From Podospora anserina (taxonomy: Eukaryota): a DNA stretch of 64,000 nt. The position numbers and the translations under genes were made by a program. The notes below the pieces were generated by a model, which had not been told where the DNA came from, did no database searches, and worked only from the letters and a program-made list of their open reading frames with translations. The DNA lies in contig CM030336.1 of NCBI GenBank assembly GCA_017654855.1, positions 2,666,001-2,730,000 on the forward strand, given 5' to 3'. Shown here piece after piece: positions 12,741-24,250 of the stretch. Numbering within the stretch: position 1 is the stretch's first letter; each line of letters begins with the position of its first letter.

Positions 12741-15083
12741 CTAACCCTCCTCGAAAAAGACCCTCTTCGTCGACCGCTCCCTCTCATCCTCCATCTGCTC
12801 CAGCTCCCTGTCAATCTCCATAATGTCCATCATCTCCTCCTCAATGTTCCTGTTGATCGCCTCTTGCTCGTCATCGGGCTGATCAGCCGCAAAGTTCAGA
12901 TCGTTAATAAACCGGAGCCCAATCGCCTGGCTCGCACCCTGAGGAGGAACAGCCGGGGCTTCAACCGACGGGAACAAGCTATCGCCCCCTCTTGGTTGAT
13001 CCTGGGAAAATAGCCCACCGGCTGCTGCGGGTCGACGGACAGACCGGAGCAAGGCCGCATTGTCAGCTGCTGGTCGGTGGGCTATGCTGAGGTTGAAAGC
13101 GACGCTGTTGGGCTTCTCAGGCCTGGGATAGGCGAGAATGGCCTTGGCTGGCTCGAGATCTGTGCGGCCGCTAACCTTCTTACGAGCTCCTAGAAGACGG
13201 CTGGCGAAAGAGGGAGCATCCTCGCTTTCGTGAACAAACACTACGCGGCTCTCGCCTTGAATGAGCACCTCAACCGGGAGACTAGCCTCGACCGGGGGGG
13301 TGCCGTTTTCGGACGCGGAAGAGTTGTTGGCAGTGACAGGCTTGGGGATGGCAGCGGCTCCTGTGCAGCGCTCTCCGAGGAGACCAGCACCAAGATCCGT
13401 CAGACGGGCCATGCGTGTGAGCTGGGTGCCACTCCAGAGGTTGCCGCCACCAGCAGCTTTTCGCAGCTGCGAGTCCCAGAATTTGGCAACGTTTGGAACA
13501 ACCGAGACAAGTGGGTCAGAGCCTCCAAGCCAGAGAAGCGCCGTTTCATCGCCTGTTGCTGTTCCCTTGGCGGGTGACAAGTGAGTGACGGTGATGCCTC
13601 CCCGTACACAAACGAGCTTCTCGGGGCCTCCATTGGCGGACGCAAGAGCTTCACGTCGTGTGTGAGGCGTCATGGGAACAAATTCGCGAGATGACCCAGT
13701 GGCGGCTGGTGACTTTTGGGTGGCGGGGTTTTTCAAGGGGCTGGTGCCCTCCAGGTGGCCTGTCACGCTAAAGTTGGTGATGGCAGAACCGCGAAGGCCG
13801 GCGCTGGCTTTGCTGAACAGACCACCCGAACTAGCACTGGTGGCCGTTGGGCTCGCGTCCTCAATATCCCAGATGCCCCATTGCCCATCTGCAAGCAAGG
13901 TCAAAACAGCGCGTCCGTGAGCGATCCACTCGGCAGCTACGATTGGTTTCCGGGAAGTCGACATGGTTGCGCTGCGGGTGAAGGGGGGATAGAGCGAGAG
14001 CAGCCACGAGCCCTGGATCGGGAAGGGACCTTCAGAGGCATCCTCGAGTGGAAGCGCCGGTGTCGAATAGTCGTAGATACGCACGGCATGTGTCGAGGCG
14101 ACGGTCAACAGCTGGGTGAGCTGGGTAGGATTAAAAGAGATGCTGGAAAGTGGTGATGGGAGGTATTCTGTTTGGAACGACTCCAGCCGACTGACGACAC
14201 CAGGCTTGGCATCCAGGGGCACGTTCCAGAAGCGAAGAGTGCCACTTGCTTCTCGGGAGTGGGCTGCGACGATAACGCGAGGAGATTGTCTTGTCTGTGA
14301 CTGTGTTGTCGTGGACTCCACCGATCTGCTTCTCGATGCAGCCGTCGACTTGGCCAATGTCATGGCGACTCCTTCACATGGCCGGCTCTGGCCCCCCAAC
14401 AGCGTCAATGTCTCTCCCCACACGCCCTTTCCTGCATTCTCTGCCAGCAGGCTTTCCCGTAGCTCAGGTCGCGCCTTGCTCTCGTTGGATGGTGGCGTCA
14501 GAGGCAAAGTAATCAGGTAGACCTCGCTCGTGGCGCAAGTCACAGCGAAGATGATCTTTTGTTTGAGAATGTCGGCACCATTCCAGGCTGCCTCGGCGGA
14601 CGTGGTGTTTGGCATTGGCAGAACAGCAATTTTGAGGACTGCGGTGCCAAAGGCGAGATCCAATGTCTGTATGATTTCGGCGAGGGGGGAGGTCGCTGTC
14701 GAGGTCGGGCTGTCTTCGAACTCGGGCTTGTCGACAAAAGGAGGGGGAACATCTTCTTCGTCGGAATCGATAATCATGATGGCATTGGAGGTAGAACCGT
14801 TACTCTTCTCTTTTGATTTGTTCTCTGTCTGGGGTTTGAGCCTTCGACCGCCGCGCCAAACGACGGTGACGCCATTTTCGTGGCCGTAGAGCAGGATTGT
14901 GGCTCCCTGAGGTGACTGGACTGGGTATGTCTTGACATGGTGTATTCTGCGACCTAGTGTATATCTGAGTGCCAGTAGTTAGCATGTAGATCAAGAGAAA
15001 CATGGTGTGAGCTAGCAAGATGGGGAGTCGCACGTGTATTGGGTGTTCTGCGGCGTGCGCCGAGTTCTGGGAGTTGATTGCAT
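12741..15083 (-). CDS. NUP37: Nucleoporin Nup37 (fungal beta-propeller); intron 14965-15033
   Basis: The spliced N-terminus MQSTPRTRRTPQNTQYTYTLGRRIHHVKTYPVQSPQGATILLYGHENGV matches my recollection of Sordariales Nup37 and continues into the 678-aa ORF. Confidence 0.8.
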
Positions 15084-15633
15084 GTCGTCAAGCGACGAGA
15101 GTGGAAACGGGAGGTCGGGAGTCGATGACGGGTCGTGATTTTAGATAGAATCTTGGATGGGTATGCCTAGCTTGGTGAGATTCGGAGACTGATCGATCCT
15201 CTCGTCGTGGACCGTAGTTGGGTTGTTTGTTTGTGTTTTGCTGAACTGCGATGTTGAAGCTCTGGGATAAATTTCGCCGCGCTCCAATGGCTGCCGACGC
15301 GAAGGAGCTTGGACCAGCTCACGGCGCTGAGACCCCATGTAAAGCTCAGACCCCACTTTCAACCACACCCTCTTCGCCCAAAGCCTCTCAACTAACTTTG
15401 AAGGCCTCAACTCACTAACACTCAGCCCGCCATGTATCAAATTCTACGCAGCTTAGCTCAAAGTCAACAGAATGATGGCCGTCTCCCCACGACCTAATCT
15501 TGAAGTGTGACAAACTTACCGTGGTAGGCAAATTATAAAGAACCCAATCTTAAAAATGAAAACTTCTTCTCGCTTCCGATCACCACCTTGAACTCTCTGC
15601 AACAGCCTTGCAACGACGACAAGCATATTCACC

Positions 15634-16552
15634 ATGCCTACCTTCGAGGGCCTCCCCGACAAAGTCCATCAGGCAATCTTGTACACCATCGACTGCCCAA
15701 AATGCCTCAACAACCTGATATCGGCCTCACCAAGTTCTCTACGTGTTCTTCAACTCCACCGCCGCGCGACACTTTGGCGCCTTGCCCAGAGGGCTATACC
15801 CGTTCCTATTCATGCGAAGGTGCAGAAGATCCGCCATCTGGATGTCGACATCCGGTTGATTGAGAAGCTGCTCAAGATCTTTCGACGGTCTCTTGTTGAA
15901 AGCACGCGCCAACTTCGAATCGTAAAGCATCGCCCATCTAACTTGGGACCATCTCTCTTAAGATACTTTGGACCGGCGGAGATCTTTCCAAGACAAGATG
16001 TCATCCGTGGTCATTATTGCAATACTGGGTGCTCCAGAACCTCCTTTGATAGATCAGTGCCCTGTGTGGCGCAGATTGCGCTCGAGGTTATCCTTCCCGA
16101 ACTCTGGCTTCGCCCTAGGTCCACGTCCAGGTTAGGTTGGGATCACATACGTAGCGCCGGCTCAGGTCTGGAATGGACATCCAACATGCCTCGGACCCCA
16201 GTTGAGCAGGCAATGGTCCAGACGTCGATCACTCCCAAGGTAATATCAAAGCCATGGATGCATCATATCGACTGCCCTGTTCATTTAAGTGTTGCGTCTC
16301 GCGTCGTGGACGAGGACTGGAATGGGTACGATGAGTTCTCGCTTTTCTTTGCAACTATACTTCCAAATGAACCAACGGAGACGGTTGAGCAGTAGGTCGG
16401 GGAACAATGGGGTCCATGGTTTAAATGCTTTCTTTCTCAGAACGGGAAGCATCATCGCCCAAGAGGGTTATTGGGCCAGCTTAGATTGGAGCTTTATTCT
16501 CGATGACAAGGAGTTGAGAGACTTAATTAGGCAGACCCGTCCTCTTATCTGA
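15634..16552 (+). pseudogene. Hypothetical protein with F-box-like N-terminus, probably degenerate
   Basis: FEGLPDKVHQAIL...LISASP N-terminus; stop at 16395 with an apparent C-terminal remnant in another frame up to 16552. Confidence 0.4.
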
Positions 16553-17238
16553 TGGTAAATGACGGGAAACAGTTCTCATAAATGGTTTGGGAGAGAATGC
16601 CGGCGGTTGACTAGTCACATTCAAGGACCTTCTCTCAGCTTTGAGAACAACAACGAGGGTCATCATGGAAGACCACTGAAGGTATATAAGGTCCATATGT
16701 AGGTAGCTGTGAAATAAATCTTACTGTCTGCCAGATTGTACTTTACATCGACACTGAAACCGTCACCAAACCAACATGACCCTGTACACTATTCGGGATG
16801 ATCCTTCCCCCGCACCGACGAATTCAGATTATAGCCTTACCGCCCGTCCCATCTCCCCTTATTGGGGTCTTGAGTTGGAAAGCATATCACCTGGCAACAG
16901 CAGCAGCGACGCCCTCTTAAAATCGACTCTGCCATCATCGCCCAGTGGGCCATCTGGCAGGCCCAAAGCCTTCTTCCGCCAGACATGGAGTAAACTCACC
17001 AGCTTTGTCCACCGCATCAGTGTTCCCAGGTCGCAAAGAGAGTGAGCCTTGAGTGCAACTCATGGAAGAGGGAGGTGATGGTGGACGGCAATAATTTGAA
17101 GACAAGACATCAGGGCAGGTCTTATTCGGGGTGGTTCGTTGGGAAAAAGGGAAAAGTTGTTTGAGGTTGTATTTTGGATGCGTCTAGGTATAGGTACATC
17201 AATGACGGAGAATGACAACTCGCATCAACCACAAACCC

Positions 17239-18075
17239 CTACGGCTTCCTCCCAACAAAAACAACCATATTCTTCTCCACCCTGAAAACACCCCCCTCAT
17301 CCAACCTCTCCCCAACAACCCTTTTCACTGTTTCCCTCTTCCCCTCCTCCATGTCCGTCTCCCCAACACTATCCAAATACTCCAACACGGGCTCCACCCC
17401 CGGCAGTCTAAACTCCCCAGGAAACCTCTCCCTCTCCACCCCCTCAAACCCTGCCCCCTCGATCTGCTCGAGTGCATTCTCAGCAGTTATCTTCGCCAAC
17501 CCAGCAATGGTACTCCCCCTCCCTACCATCCCCCCAATCTCAAAAAGTTCCTTGAGATGATCAAGTCCGTTCAACGCCACGACTAGCCGTCCCCCATTTT
17601 TGAGGACACGTTTGAATTCTCGGAGAGCAGCGATCGGGCTGTCGACGTGGTAGAGCATGTGGTTTGCTACGACGGTGTCGAATTCAGAGTCGGGAAAGGG
17701 GAGGGAAGTGGCGTCGCATTGCTGGACTTTGACGTTGGGAAGGATGGATTTAAGGGCGGCGATGTCAGGGTTGGAGTTGAGGGTTGCTACCATGGCGGGG
17801 GAGAAGTCGGTTAGTGTGAGGGAGGTGACTGAGGAGAGTTGGGAGGGGGAGGAGATGGCGGGGGGGGACCAGAGGGCGCCTGTGCCGGCGCCGACTTCAA
17901 GGATGGAGCCGCTTTTGGGGATGAAGGTTTGGGCGAATTGGAACCAGGATTGGGGGTGCGTGTTGTAGTTGTGGATTGAGAGGCGGGCGGCGAGGCGGGA
18001 GGAGGTGGTGGTGTATTGGGATTTGGCGTGGGTGTGGGCTGTGAGGGTTGGGATGGTGGTGGTTGTGGTGGTCAT
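17239..18075 (-). CDS. Class I SAM-dependent methyltransferase
   Basis: ILEVGAGTGALW (motif I), TDFSPAM, DATSLPFPDSEFDTVVANHMLYHV; likely ATG at 18075. Confidence 0.92.
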   Translation of the reverse strand: MTTTTTTIPTLTAHTHAKSQYTTTSSRLAARLSIHNYNTHPQSWFQFAQTFIPKSGSILEVGAGTGALWSPPAISSPSQLSSVTSLTLTDFSPAMVATLNSNPDIAALKSILPNVKVQQCDATSLPFPDSEFDTVVANHMLYHVDSPIAALREFKRVLKNGGRLVVALNGLDHLKELFEIGGMVGRGSTIAGLAKITAENALEQIEGAGFEGVERERFPGEFRLPGVEPVLEYLDSVGETDMEEGKRETVKRVVGERLDEGGVFRVEKNMVVFVGRKP

Positions 18076-18439
18076 TTTGGTGGTGGTGATGGTGGCGATG
18101 ATATTGAGAGTGGTGATGGAGAGGTGTTGGGGGGGAAACTGCTTCACAGCTGATTCTCGTTTCTGAGTCAAGGGCCGAGGTGATCGGATCAGTGATGAGG
18201 TTGAGATTCTGCTGGCCAAGTCAAGGTGTTGTACGTGTGTTGTCGTCACAGTGAACATCACGAGAGAAAATCTGGTATATCAATGGAGTCCATGGTCAAC
18301 ACCTCTGCGGCCAGCCATCAAGGTGCATACCTGCCAGGTGGTATCACGACGGGTACCTGCGAGGTACTTCTAGGAGGGGTGGACTGCAGATCGGACCCCC
18401 CTGTTCGGAGGGTGGGAAGCCAAGCCAGCCCCTCGCTGG

Positions 18440-18471
18440 TGAGCAAGTTACAGGTTGCATGAGCAAGTTAC
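18440..18471 (-). promoter_or_regulatory. Two direct copies of GTAACTTGCTCA (Mac1/CuRE-like) upstream of the methyltransferase
   Basis: TGAGCAAGTTAC at 18440-18451 and 18460-18471 on the + strand. Confidence 0.55.
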
Positions 18472-18719
18472 CGCTGTTCGGGTACGTCGTGTTTCCTTGC
18501 AGTCTGCATCGACCTTTACCGAATATCACTGACGGAGTGCTGGGTCCCGAGAATGTTCAGTGGGGGTTCTAGGCATTGGTCATAGGCTTCATCGTGGTAC
18601 TTGACAGATACCGGAACGGAATTAGGTTGGATAACAGTCGCGATGTGAAGGTGTAGGTATAGAGAGCAGGATGTATTGTGTCGAGAAAGTTCTAGCCATC
18701 TTGAAGCAGAAGTTGAGAA

Positions 18720-20733
18720 CTAGAACTGATTCAACGACGCATCAATCTTGTCATAGCGGCGGAACCGCCACAGGAACGCCACCGCAGACACCCCCATAGC
18801 TCCCGCCAGACACGAGTACACAATCACCATGTTCGGATCCTTAGACGCCGGGCTGATAGCCATCCCCAAAAGACTGGCCACTCCAGCAGTGAGCTGCGTC
18901 AAGGCTTGGACAACAGTCTTCATCTCCCTTGGGGCCTTGCTGTAGGCGTACTCAAATGCAGTGACAAAGCCCAAGATCTCCGCAATGGCAAGCAGGATGT
19001 AGACCGGCAGCTGCACCCACACACTGACATTGTTGGGCTGCCGACCTCCTTCGGACTCGGGGCAGTTATAGGGATGGTCATAGCAGGGCCCGGTAGAATA
19101 GATCAACTTCTGAACTCCAGCAGCGTAAGCCATGGAAGCTCCACAGAAGATGAACGACGTCGTGATGCGAGCAATGGGGCCGAATGGAATCTTGCGGCGA
19201 GCGAGAAACTCGTAGAGGCCTTGCATGATTGGCCCAAAGATGATGCAAGCCACACCAGAGAAGGCTTGGATCATGTCGTTGGGGACACCGGAGAGAAGCA
19301 TCTGGCCGGCTTGGGAGACGAGGTTGTTGTACATTTGGGCGATGCAGAGGTAGAAGATGACGAGGAAGAAGCTGCCTTCGTGTTAACATTTGGATCATGA
19401 GATCAGAGGGTCAAACATACATCACCCTGCAGGCAATCATGCCGCGGCGCATTTCTTCCACAAAGCTATCTGTCCATGGAACCTCTTTGCCGTGGTGGGT
19501 CTTTTGATAGGATGGTTTTGTGTGCTCCAGCTTGAATCCGTTCTTTGAAGCACAGACAAGGACTCTTACAGCCTTGGGCAAGACATTGCCTTGTGGTTTG
19601 ACCTTGACTATCTTTGTTGTCAGCTTATGTCGGTTGTTTCAGGTCAGAGATGAACATACCGAGCTTCTTGGACCACAAAAGAAACAAAGCTATCGATATG
19701 CAAAGTGTAACAGTAGCCAGAAGGTACGCTGACCAAAACTCATGGTGCCACTCGATAAAGGTGACTGGTATGGAACTCAAGGAGGCAATGTTGGTGAACC
19801 TGGGAGAGTCAGATGAAGTGGCAAGGGCAACTGAAGAGTGGCAGAACTAACCAGTAATAAGCGTTGTAGATGAATTGCAGAGTCCGCGGCCCATCCACGA
19901 CCACCAAGTTGGCGTTCTTCTGACGGATCACCTGAGGCTTGGCCTGCATGTACTGATCACCCAGGAAGGGGACATAGGTTGCTTTGACGGAGCCAGCTCC
20001 CAGCCCAGTCAAGATCAGTGCTGCAGCCAACCCTCCAACACCTGCTCCTTGTTCCAGAGCCGAAGGAATCGAAGTGCTAATGAGGACTACACAGCCTGCA
20101 AGATAGCATCTGGGTTCAGGTCAGCAAAGGTGGTTTTTTGTGGCGTCCAATCAAAGAAGCGTCAACATACACTAGACCCAAAAGTAGAGTTTTGTATCTA
20201 CCTAGCCATATGTCGGATATCAACGCAAAGAGCATTGGTGTCAGGAATGAGAACAGAAAAAAAGCATTGGAGATGTTGACGGCTGTTGCTTGACCCAGTC
20301 CAAGAGCTCCCGGGACCGGTTCTTTGCCTTGAGGGTATTGCATGTAGTTTTCTGGGCCTTTGTCAGCTTTGTGTGGTGCGTCTGTGAGACTTTAAAGACT
20401 TACGCCATGGTGCAATGAGACCAAAGTATGTAAAGCGTTCACCGGCTCCAGCAACAATGACAGCCCAGGCGGCAAACGGGATCTTGTCGGTGATTTTGGG
20501 CAGTGTTGCTATCTCGTCTTCAGTGGCATCTCGAGGGAAAATGCTGTCATCCTGCGTTGTGTCCGACTTTGATGTCTCAATGGGATCTTCTGTTGGTGGC
20601 TGTTTCTCCAAGTCATCGGCCTGGAATACTGGCTTTCCAGTCTCCTGAACAGCAATTGGGGGTTGTTTTCTGCCAAGAGTCAGTCAGTGCGTTTCGGTGA
20701 GATGAATAGGGACAACACATACTCCGAATCCAT
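18720..20733 (-). CDS. POT/PTR family di/tripeptide transporter (multi-exon)
   Basis: GERFTYFG (ExxERF-like), ALGLGQATA, LISDIWLGRYKT, EYAYSKAPREMK; start MDSE|KQPP via an intron near 20670-20722. Confidence 0.92.
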
Positions 20734-21027
20734 ATTGAGGTGTGGTTGGTATCAGGTAAGGTATTGATGTTGCTTGCTACACACTGAGATATCAGACAGA
20801 AGCTCCCCTCACCACTGCCAACATTACAGAGGGCGAACCCACAAAGGGCGGTCGGTGTACGTAGGTAGCCATGATGGGCCACCCACTCCAGTAACCCTCA
20901 ACGTGCTAACCCTCAAGGTGTCGACTCCAAGATCGTTGAGCCAATCGAGATCCTGGTAATGCGAGATGCAGCGCGTCCCTGCAACGTGACCAGGCCTGGA
21001 CTCTTGGCATCTTTGGGGGTTCCGGGG

Positions 21028-21135
21028 GTGCTCAGCGAAACTTGCTCAAATACTCGCTGAAGAGATGAGCAGCCGAAGACATGCAGAAGACGAAGGAAGA
21101 ATCACGGCATTTCCATGTCCGTTGATGAGCAAGTT
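21028..21135. promoter_or_regulatory. Cluster of TGCTCA (CuRE-like) motifs upstream of the PTR transporter
   Basis: GTGCTCA 21028, AAACTTGCTCA 21038-21048, TGAGCAG 21066, TGAGCAAGTT 21126-21135. Confidence 0.55.
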
Positions 21136-21446
21136 GAGAAAGTTAGACCCCTGTCGTCGCCCACCAGTTTTCAGCGAGAACAAGTGAAGTTAGAAGTGTA
21201 GGCAGACTGTGGCTAAGCACCCCTCCATCTGCCGCTCTCTCTTGGGCCCCCACAATTCAATTTCAACGTCCAACTTCAACATCGCGATTCCAACAACATC
21301 TCTGCCAAGGGAAAGCACTCTATTCACTGGCACAAGCGAGTTATCGAAAGGAATCGAACAGTCATGTAAACAACATTATGACATTTTTGAAATGCATATA
21401 CAGAAACCACGGAACACGCCCTCCGCAAAGGCCACCATTGCCGAGC

Positions 21447-23585
21447 CTACCAAGAGAACGCGTCCACCTCAAGCTCCCAGACAGTCGGCCCGGTCCGCGC
21501 CTTGGCTGTCACCAACGCCCGAGTGTCGTCGCAAAGTCCCCCGGGCCCACACACGACCACTCCGACTCTGCTCCACCCCGTCCGCTCCTCCTCGGCCAAC
21601 AGCGCCGCCACGTCCAGTCTGCTGCCAACTCTGACGTCCTTCTCAGCCACTCTGGACAACGGACCCTCCAGGTCCCGCACCAAGCCCTCGGCCGAAGCCT
21701 TGACGCTCCAGCAAATCTTGACGTTGGTGTGCCTCGCAATGTACGGCAGCACACCCGTGATTCCGACTCCTCCGGCGATCAGCAGGAGTCTGTCCGATTT
21801 GAGCACCCCATCTGTCGGGTTGTCTGGGTATGGACCGTCCAAGAGTGTGAGGAGGGAGTTGTGGTTGGCAAGCAGCTTGGTCAAACCTTTGGACTTGCGG
21901 ACGTAGAGTGTGATGCCCGTTCCAGGAGCCCCGCCAAGTGCTTGGTCGTCTCTTTGCGGTGCGCTGGTGCTGGTGACGCCGCCTGATTTCTCGACATCAG
22001 CGGTGCTCCGCGTGTCACTGCCCGAAGCAGCTCCGGACAAGGAAGCATCCCGCTTGGACTGGAGAAGAGCCGTGGGCAGGATGGAGAACGGGTGGTTCTC
22101 CCATGGTCTCCATGGGCTCAGGGCTGGAAAGTAGGCATAGGTGTGAAGACCAGGCGCAGCTGTCCACCGGATGCCCTTGACATCAACCCGCACAATATCC
22201 TCAGACACTTCTGTGACAACCGCCCGTCTGGGGCCGTTCTTGAGAACGCGGAAGACCCGGATCATACGGTCAAAGAACCAGACAGCGCAGGCGGCATACA
22301 GCCAAAACTCGTATCCCCACCTGCGCTGGAACAAGAACTCGACGTGGTACCAGCTGCCGACAATCACAAAGACGGCCATGATGATGTGACCAACGAGGAA
22401 CAACTCGTACGACCACCGTCTGAAGAAGAGCGAGCTAAAGACCAACATGGCACAGGCAAAGACTGTGGCCACAATACCCCAGGCCCAGTACTCCGTCTTG
22501 AATTCGGCTTCGTAGGATTCCATGTCGATGTACAAGACCAATTCAGCAACCGAGTGGATGATGACCTGGGCAGCGTAGATCCGGGCCACCCACCGGTGGA
22601 GGACCATAAAGGTCGAGTGAGACCAGTTGGTCGCCCAGAGGAGAATGTTGTTGCGGCCAGAAAGCAGGATGACAAGAGGCGTCAAAGCAAAAGCTAGGAC
22701 ACCGGTTCTGGCGGAAAAGTATCCCATTACTTCCTGCCATTCGTTCGCGAACCAAGCGTTGGGCTGAACAGACTTGTAGCCTGCTGCCGCCATGGCGATG
22801 TTCAGCGCCGCAAACATGATGACGTACAGCGACTGGCCGACTGTTGCAGCGTTTCCGAGGAGGTAGGGCAGGGGCCGTACGTGGTATGTTCCGATGAGCG
22901 AGGGATAGACCAGGTATGGCTTCAGCTTGTCTGACAGGGTGCTCATGTATGGCAGCCTGGTGAACATGGAGATGACCACTGGTGTGCCAAAGCCAACGAT
23001 CAAGAGAATGAGTCTAGAGGCGTCGGTGTCAGTGGCGTGGACGGCATCGCGGCCTGCGGATTTTACCTACCCATATTGAGAGTGGATCGTCTCGGCTTGC
23101 TCAAAGTATTCTCGAGTCAAGGTGTTGGCCTTGACGGTTTCGGGATCCAAGAGCACTGTTCGGGTGAGGTGATGATCATCCTCGCCATACTGGTCTGTGG
23201 GGGGCTCCTTGATTTGCGCCAGAGCTTCGGTGTATGACCACTTCGCCGCAACCGTCTTGCTGCCGGTGGCCTGCTCGGACCAAAATTTCTCCAACTTCCA
23301 TCTTGGGGTCGAGGCATCGCAGGTGGTGTTCATGCAGTATGCCAGTGTCGTCAGGAAATAATCGTCCCCGGCGCGGCATTCTGGTGATGTTGGGCCTCCA
23401 GCACCGTGACTGTGAGCGCCCACCGGTCCATGGTCCATCACCGAGCACTCCAGCATGAAACCCGAGACCGAGTCGTAGCAACCGAAGCCGCAGGAGGGAT
23501 CGTACATGGTGATGCCGTATCCAATAAGGGCTTGTGCTGGGACGGCGAGGGCCGCCAGCCCTGCTGCTGTGAGAAGGCCTCTCAT
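21447..23585 (-). CDS. Ferric/cupric reductase transmembrane component (FRE family); one intron near 23014-23069
   Basis: Signal peptide, Cys-rich ectodomain with MDHGPVGAHSHG, LSGRNN, HRWVAR, FAD motif HPFS, NADPH motif LIAGGVGIT, CGPGGL, C-terminal DAFSW. Confidence 0.93.
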
Positions 23586-23976
23586 TTTGGTACCGTTGCT
23601 GAAGGACCTTGACTCGAATCCGACATGAAAGAGAGATGCGAGCCAGCTGGAAAGGCACAAGGCCAGGGAAAAGGGCGACTTGATCAGACAAAAAGATTAC
23701 GGGCCCAACACGTTCTCCCAGCATGGAAGCACAGGATTCTCGACGTTGTATTAGTATCGGCTTCCGCCCCGAGCACTCGCCAAAGCACAGGGATATGTGA
23801 ACCAACCGGCTTGGGTCGCAGCCCGCGATGCCGGTTTCTGGGGAATTTAGTTGGCACCTCCTCGCTACCCATCTTGGGACTTCTGTCGAGGTCTCGAGTC
23901 AGGAAGATTCAGTCACGGCATGTTGTGGCTTGCTGCTGATGCTTGCGGGGCCCCTTGTTTATTGATATTATACGGC

Positions 23977-24048
23977 AAATTTGCTCAGATGCCGAAACTT
24001 GCTCACTGGTGGCGCATGTAACCCCCGAAACCTGCTCACAACTGCTCG
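23977..24048. promoter_or_regulatory. Tandem CuRE-like motifs upstream of the metalloreductase
   Basis: AAATTTGCTCA 23977-23987, AAACTTGCTCA 23995-24005, AAACCTGCTCA 24028-24038, AACTGCTCG 24040-24048. Confidence 0.6.
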
Positions 24049-24250
24049 CTTCTGACTGGCTGGGTGAGTGTTTTCTTGGCATAACCATCACTGACAGACA
24101 GGGGGGGGGTTGCAGTTCAACGATTGTCCAGATCTTTCTTTTGTGGTTACGATGAAGACGCTATCCACACTACTCAAGAGTTACCTTATCTTTGCCCATG
24201 TTTAGGTTTAGCCTTTCAGCCACACCGACACCTGTCAGGATGAGCGAGTT

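Noticed and set aside
16776-17045. 89-aa ORF after a TATA-like box at about 16683
   Set aside because: Could be a small orphan gene but has no recognisable motif or other support.
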